Positions 60,698 through 64,000 of a stretch of DNA of 64,000 nucleotides are shown here, piece after piece. A model generated the notes under the pieces. It saw only the letters and a program-made list of their open reading frames with translations, had not been told where the DNA came from and did not search any database. This DNA comes from Eledone cirrhosa. Its lineage: Eukaryota. Location: assembly GCA_964016885.1 (NCBI GenBank), contig OZ024753.1, forward strand, positions 40,920,001 through 40,984,000, given 5' to 3'. The translations under genes were made by a program, and so were the position numbers. Position 1 is the stretch's first letter; each line of letters begins with the position of its first letter.

Positions 60698-60790
60698 ATG
60701 TTGTTTATTACATAACTATATATATATATATCTTATGTTGTTTATTACATAACTATATATATATATATCTTATGTTGTTTATTACATAAC

Positions 60791-60827
<37 letters not shown>

Positions 60828-60831
60828 GTAG

Positions 60832-61014
60832 GTCCCGGGTTGAGTCGGGGATAACCACAGTAAGTAAGGTACTCAATACATGGCAGAGTAAAATCTTTTT
60901 ATTTTATAGAAGGAGCTTCTACAGGACTAGTACTGTTTCATTCAGATGAAATCTTCCTGAAGATTTCATCTGAATGAAACAGTACTAGTCCTGTAGAAGC
61001 TCCTTCTATAAAAT
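60832..61014. mobile_element. Family B element with perfect 56-bp-arm palindrome (60901-61014)
   Basis: Arms 60901-60956 and 60959-61014, centre CT; CTGAAGA (60957)...GAAA (60976) hammerhead-like core starts at the axis. Confidence 0.8.
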
Positions 61015-61022
61015 TAAAATAA

Positions 61023-61085
<63 letters not shown>

Positions 61086-61210
61086 CCTGCCTATATATTA
61101 CCCATATGACTGCCAAGACTGGAATTGAGCCATTAGCACAGTTGAGTTATGTCAGAAATCAGAGATTTTTCGGACCCATGGTTTTTACATATTCCTTTGT
61201 TATATTTCGA

Positions 61211-61272
61211 ATACCTGATGATATCACCTGATGATATCATATGGAACTCGGTCATTGAAATGATCATAGTAT
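61211..61272 (+). ncRNA. Degenerate hammerhead (family F; element about 61085-61466)
   Basis: ATAC-CTGATGA (duplicated 13 nt later)...GAAA-TGATCA-TA-GTAT; palindromic ATGATCAT, 4-bp stem I, poor stem II; tail homologous to about 22110-22212. Confidence 0.55.
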
Positions 61273-61464
61273 AATAAACCTTTCAAGGATTTACACCAGT
61301 CCAGCCTCCTGTTATTTTATTTATAATTAACTCCGTATTCGCACCACCAACTACACAAATGAAGACGGGTGAACTGGACTACGTTGAGTAATCTCCACAA
61401 TATTACACCAAGATTGACCATACGGAATGACCAATTCTCTCCAGTGGTGAACCAACAAACCTAA

Positions 61465-61506
<42 letters not shown>

Positions 61507-61509
<3 letters not shown>

Positions 61510-61640
61510 TTAGCCGTCGAAACGGCTTGAGCTCAGCCGTCGGGGTCTTACTGGTTCCTATTACGCACTCTACTACCCTAAGTATTGAGTACTTTGGTGC
61601 GTTATGGTCCACCTGGTTCCTTACCACATTTCCTTCGTTA
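61507..61640 (+). mobile_element. Family A copy
   Basis: GAATTAGCCGTCGAAACGGC...CCTTCGTTA(TA)n. Confidence 0.75.
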
Positions 61641-61702
61641 TATATATATATAAAATAAAGTTAAATAAAAAGTCAAATGTTTAAAATTTACCTTCGTTTA
61701 CT

Positions 61703-61757
61703 ACTGCTATATATATTTCAGTAACAGCCATCTTTGGCTGTGACCTCTTCAGGCAGT
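61703..61757 (-). ncRNA. Type I minimal hammerhead ribozyme (family G, copy 1)
   Basis: Minus strand: ACTGC-CTGAAGA-GGTCACAGCCA-AAGA-TGGCTGTTACT-GAAA-TATATA-TA-GCAGT; perfect 5-bp stem I, 10/11-bp stem II. Confidence 0.85.
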
Positions 61758-61867
61758 CCGAATTAGTGTGGTATAGACAAGTACATATGTTGTTGAGGTG
61801 TATAATTTTGTCAATACTCTGATATGTCCAGTTCCTGGTTAGGTTGTTATTTCTCTGAGGAACTGGA

Positions 61868-61924
<57 letters not shown>

Positions 61925-61969
61925 AAGTTAAATAAAAAGTCAAATGTTTAAAATTTAGCTTCGTTTACT

Positions 61970-62024
61970 ACTGCTATATATATTTCAGTAACAGCCATCT
62001 TTGGCTGTGACCTCTTCAGGCAGT
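61970..62024 (-). ncRNA. Type I minimal hammerhead ribozyme (family G, copy 2)
   Basis: Identical to 61703-61757. Confidence 0.85.
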
Positions 62025-62134
62025 CCGAATTAGTGTGGTATAGACAAGTACATATGTTGTTGAGGTGTATAATTTTGTCAATACTCTGATATGTCCAGTT
62101 CCTGGTTAGGTTGTTATTTCTCTGAGGAACTGGA

Positions 62135-62194
<60 letters not shown>

Positions 62195-62365
62195 AAAGTT
62201 CTATTTAAATTGTTTGGATACAACAAGTAAATATTTTTATAACTGATATAAAGCACTCGACAAGTATTTGGAGTAGATATACGATATTAATAAATGGAAA
62301 CTATATTTATAAAACCATATTTATTTCATTATTTCAAAGCTTATTTGTAAAACTGTTATATATTG

Positions 62366-62430
62366 TATTTTGTCTGATGAAGGCATACCATAATTTAATT
62401 TGGTATCCCTGAAATATGTATAATGAAATA
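62366..62430 (+). ncRNA. Type I minimal hammerhead ribozyme (family H; element 62194-62471 with inverted left arm)
   Basis: TATTTTGT-CTGATGA-AGGCATACCA-loop10-TGGTATCCCT-GAAA-TATGTA-TA-ATGAAATA. Confidence 0.8.
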
Positions 62431-62469
62431 AATATGGTTTTATAAATATAGTTACCATTTATTAATATC

Positions 62470-62522
<53 letters not shown>

Positions 62523-62534
62523 CATATATATATG

Positions 62535-62586
<52 letters not shown>

Positions 62587-62938
62587 AAAAGAGTCAGGAC
62601 CCCGACGGCTTGTGTTTCAGTTTATGGTAGTATGACTTGCTGATTAGTGTTAGTGGTGTTGGAGGTGGTAGAGTTGGTATGGCAGGGGTGGTGGTTAGGG
62701 GATGTGATCAGCTGGGAAAAGGACTGTGGTAGATGATGGTGGAGGTTATGCAGGTGGGATAGAAATGAAGATGAAGTGAGTGTGCGGTGATGGACACAAA
62801 GTCATGTACACTCCCCCTCCATTATTCCCTTTTACAAATCCCCATTCAATTCATTTCTTCTGCTAAGAGTGATTTTATTGTTTTTGTTCTTCCAAAATGC
62901 AAATGGAAAAAACGGAACGAAAGAGAGTGAGAGAGCGT

Positions 62939-63006
<68 letters not shown>

Positions 63007-63013
63007 TAGAGAA

Positions 63014-63055
<42 letters not shown>

Positions 63056-63274
63056 TGTGTGTGTGTGTATGTCTGTGTCTGTCAGTGTGTGTGTTTGTGT
63101 GTGTGTGTGTAGAGGCGATAGAGGGGGAGAAATAGAGAGATAGGGAAAGGAAGGGAGCAAAAAAGAAAAGAAAAGAAAGTGTGTGTCGAGAGAGAGAGAG
63201 TGAGGGTGTGTGTAGCGAGAGAGAGGGGGAGTGAGGGTAGAGAGAGAGAGAGAGCGAGAGAGAGTGAGGGTCTA

Positions 63275-63317
<43 letters not shown>

Positions 63318-64000
63318 TGAGGGTCTAAAAAGAGAGAGAGAGAGAGAGAGAGTGAGGGTCTAAAAAGAGAGAGAGAGAGGGGGATAGGAGAGGGGGAGGG
63401 GGAAAATAGAGAGCAAAAAAGGCAAAGGAAGGGAGCAAGAAAGAAAGAAGGAAAGAAAGAAGCTGTGTGCAAGGACGACTGCGGTATATATCGACCAGAA
63501 CTCGAACAAACGGCGAACCCGTGGCGTGTCGGACTCCACTTAATGTACGTCTCAGTGCATCCGACTGCATGCGTCACCGGCTGCAACACGTGTTGGATAG
63601 AATAAATAAATGAATATATAAATAAATCATATAAATATAAAATTAAGAAAGCCCAAGTTGTGACGGACTCTCTGACACGTGTTCCCACCACCATCATTGC
63701 CCCAGCACCTCCACCACCACCACCACCATCTCCAACAACACCACCAACACCACCACCTCCATCGCCATCACCACCATCTCCTTCGTCCCCCACCACCACC
63801 TCTACCACCACTACCACCACTACCACCACCAACACCATCACCATTACCATCACCATCACCACCAACACCACCAGCTACCACCAGTACCACCATTACCAGC
63901 ACCACCACCACCAACACGACCTCCATCACCGCCACCACTATCACCATGACCACCATCACTACCACCACCTCCATCACCACCACCACCACAACCACCACCA

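Larger units (their letters stand above)
61652..62137 (-). mobile_element. Tandem dimer of a 219-bp hammerhead-containing unit (267-bp period)
   Basis: 61652-61870 and 61919-62137 differ at one position seen (TTTACC/TTTAGC) and are separated by (TA)n. Confidence 0.85.

Overview
Eukaryotic, AT-rich, extremely microsatellite-dense DNA with no recognisable intact host gene. The repeat content ((TA)n/(CA)n/(GA)n seas, tRNA-derived SINEs of the octopod type) suggests intronic or intergenic sequence of an octopod cephalopod; this is inferred, not proven. Nearly all ORFs in the track are simple-repeat artefacts. The main signal lies in short (100-400 bp) islands sitting inside (TA)n runs. At least 13 of them contain a type I minimal hammerhead ribozyme motif (CUGANGA - stem II - GAAA - palindromic stem III - UH), from several distinct sequence families. 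They include compensatory stem II changes between copies, a near-identical tandem ribozyme pair (267-bp period), and repeated fold-back (inverted) architectures with fixed breakpoints. A frameshifted Penelope-like (PLE) reverse transcriptase fragment is embedded in (TA)n in the same way. Together these point to a diverse (TA)n-targeted, ribozyme-bearing PLE / retrozyme-like system. Also present: about 9 tRNA-SINE copies (one close inverted pair), two degraded LINE fragments, a convergent pair of tRNA-like units, several minisatellites and a Helitron-like hairpin.
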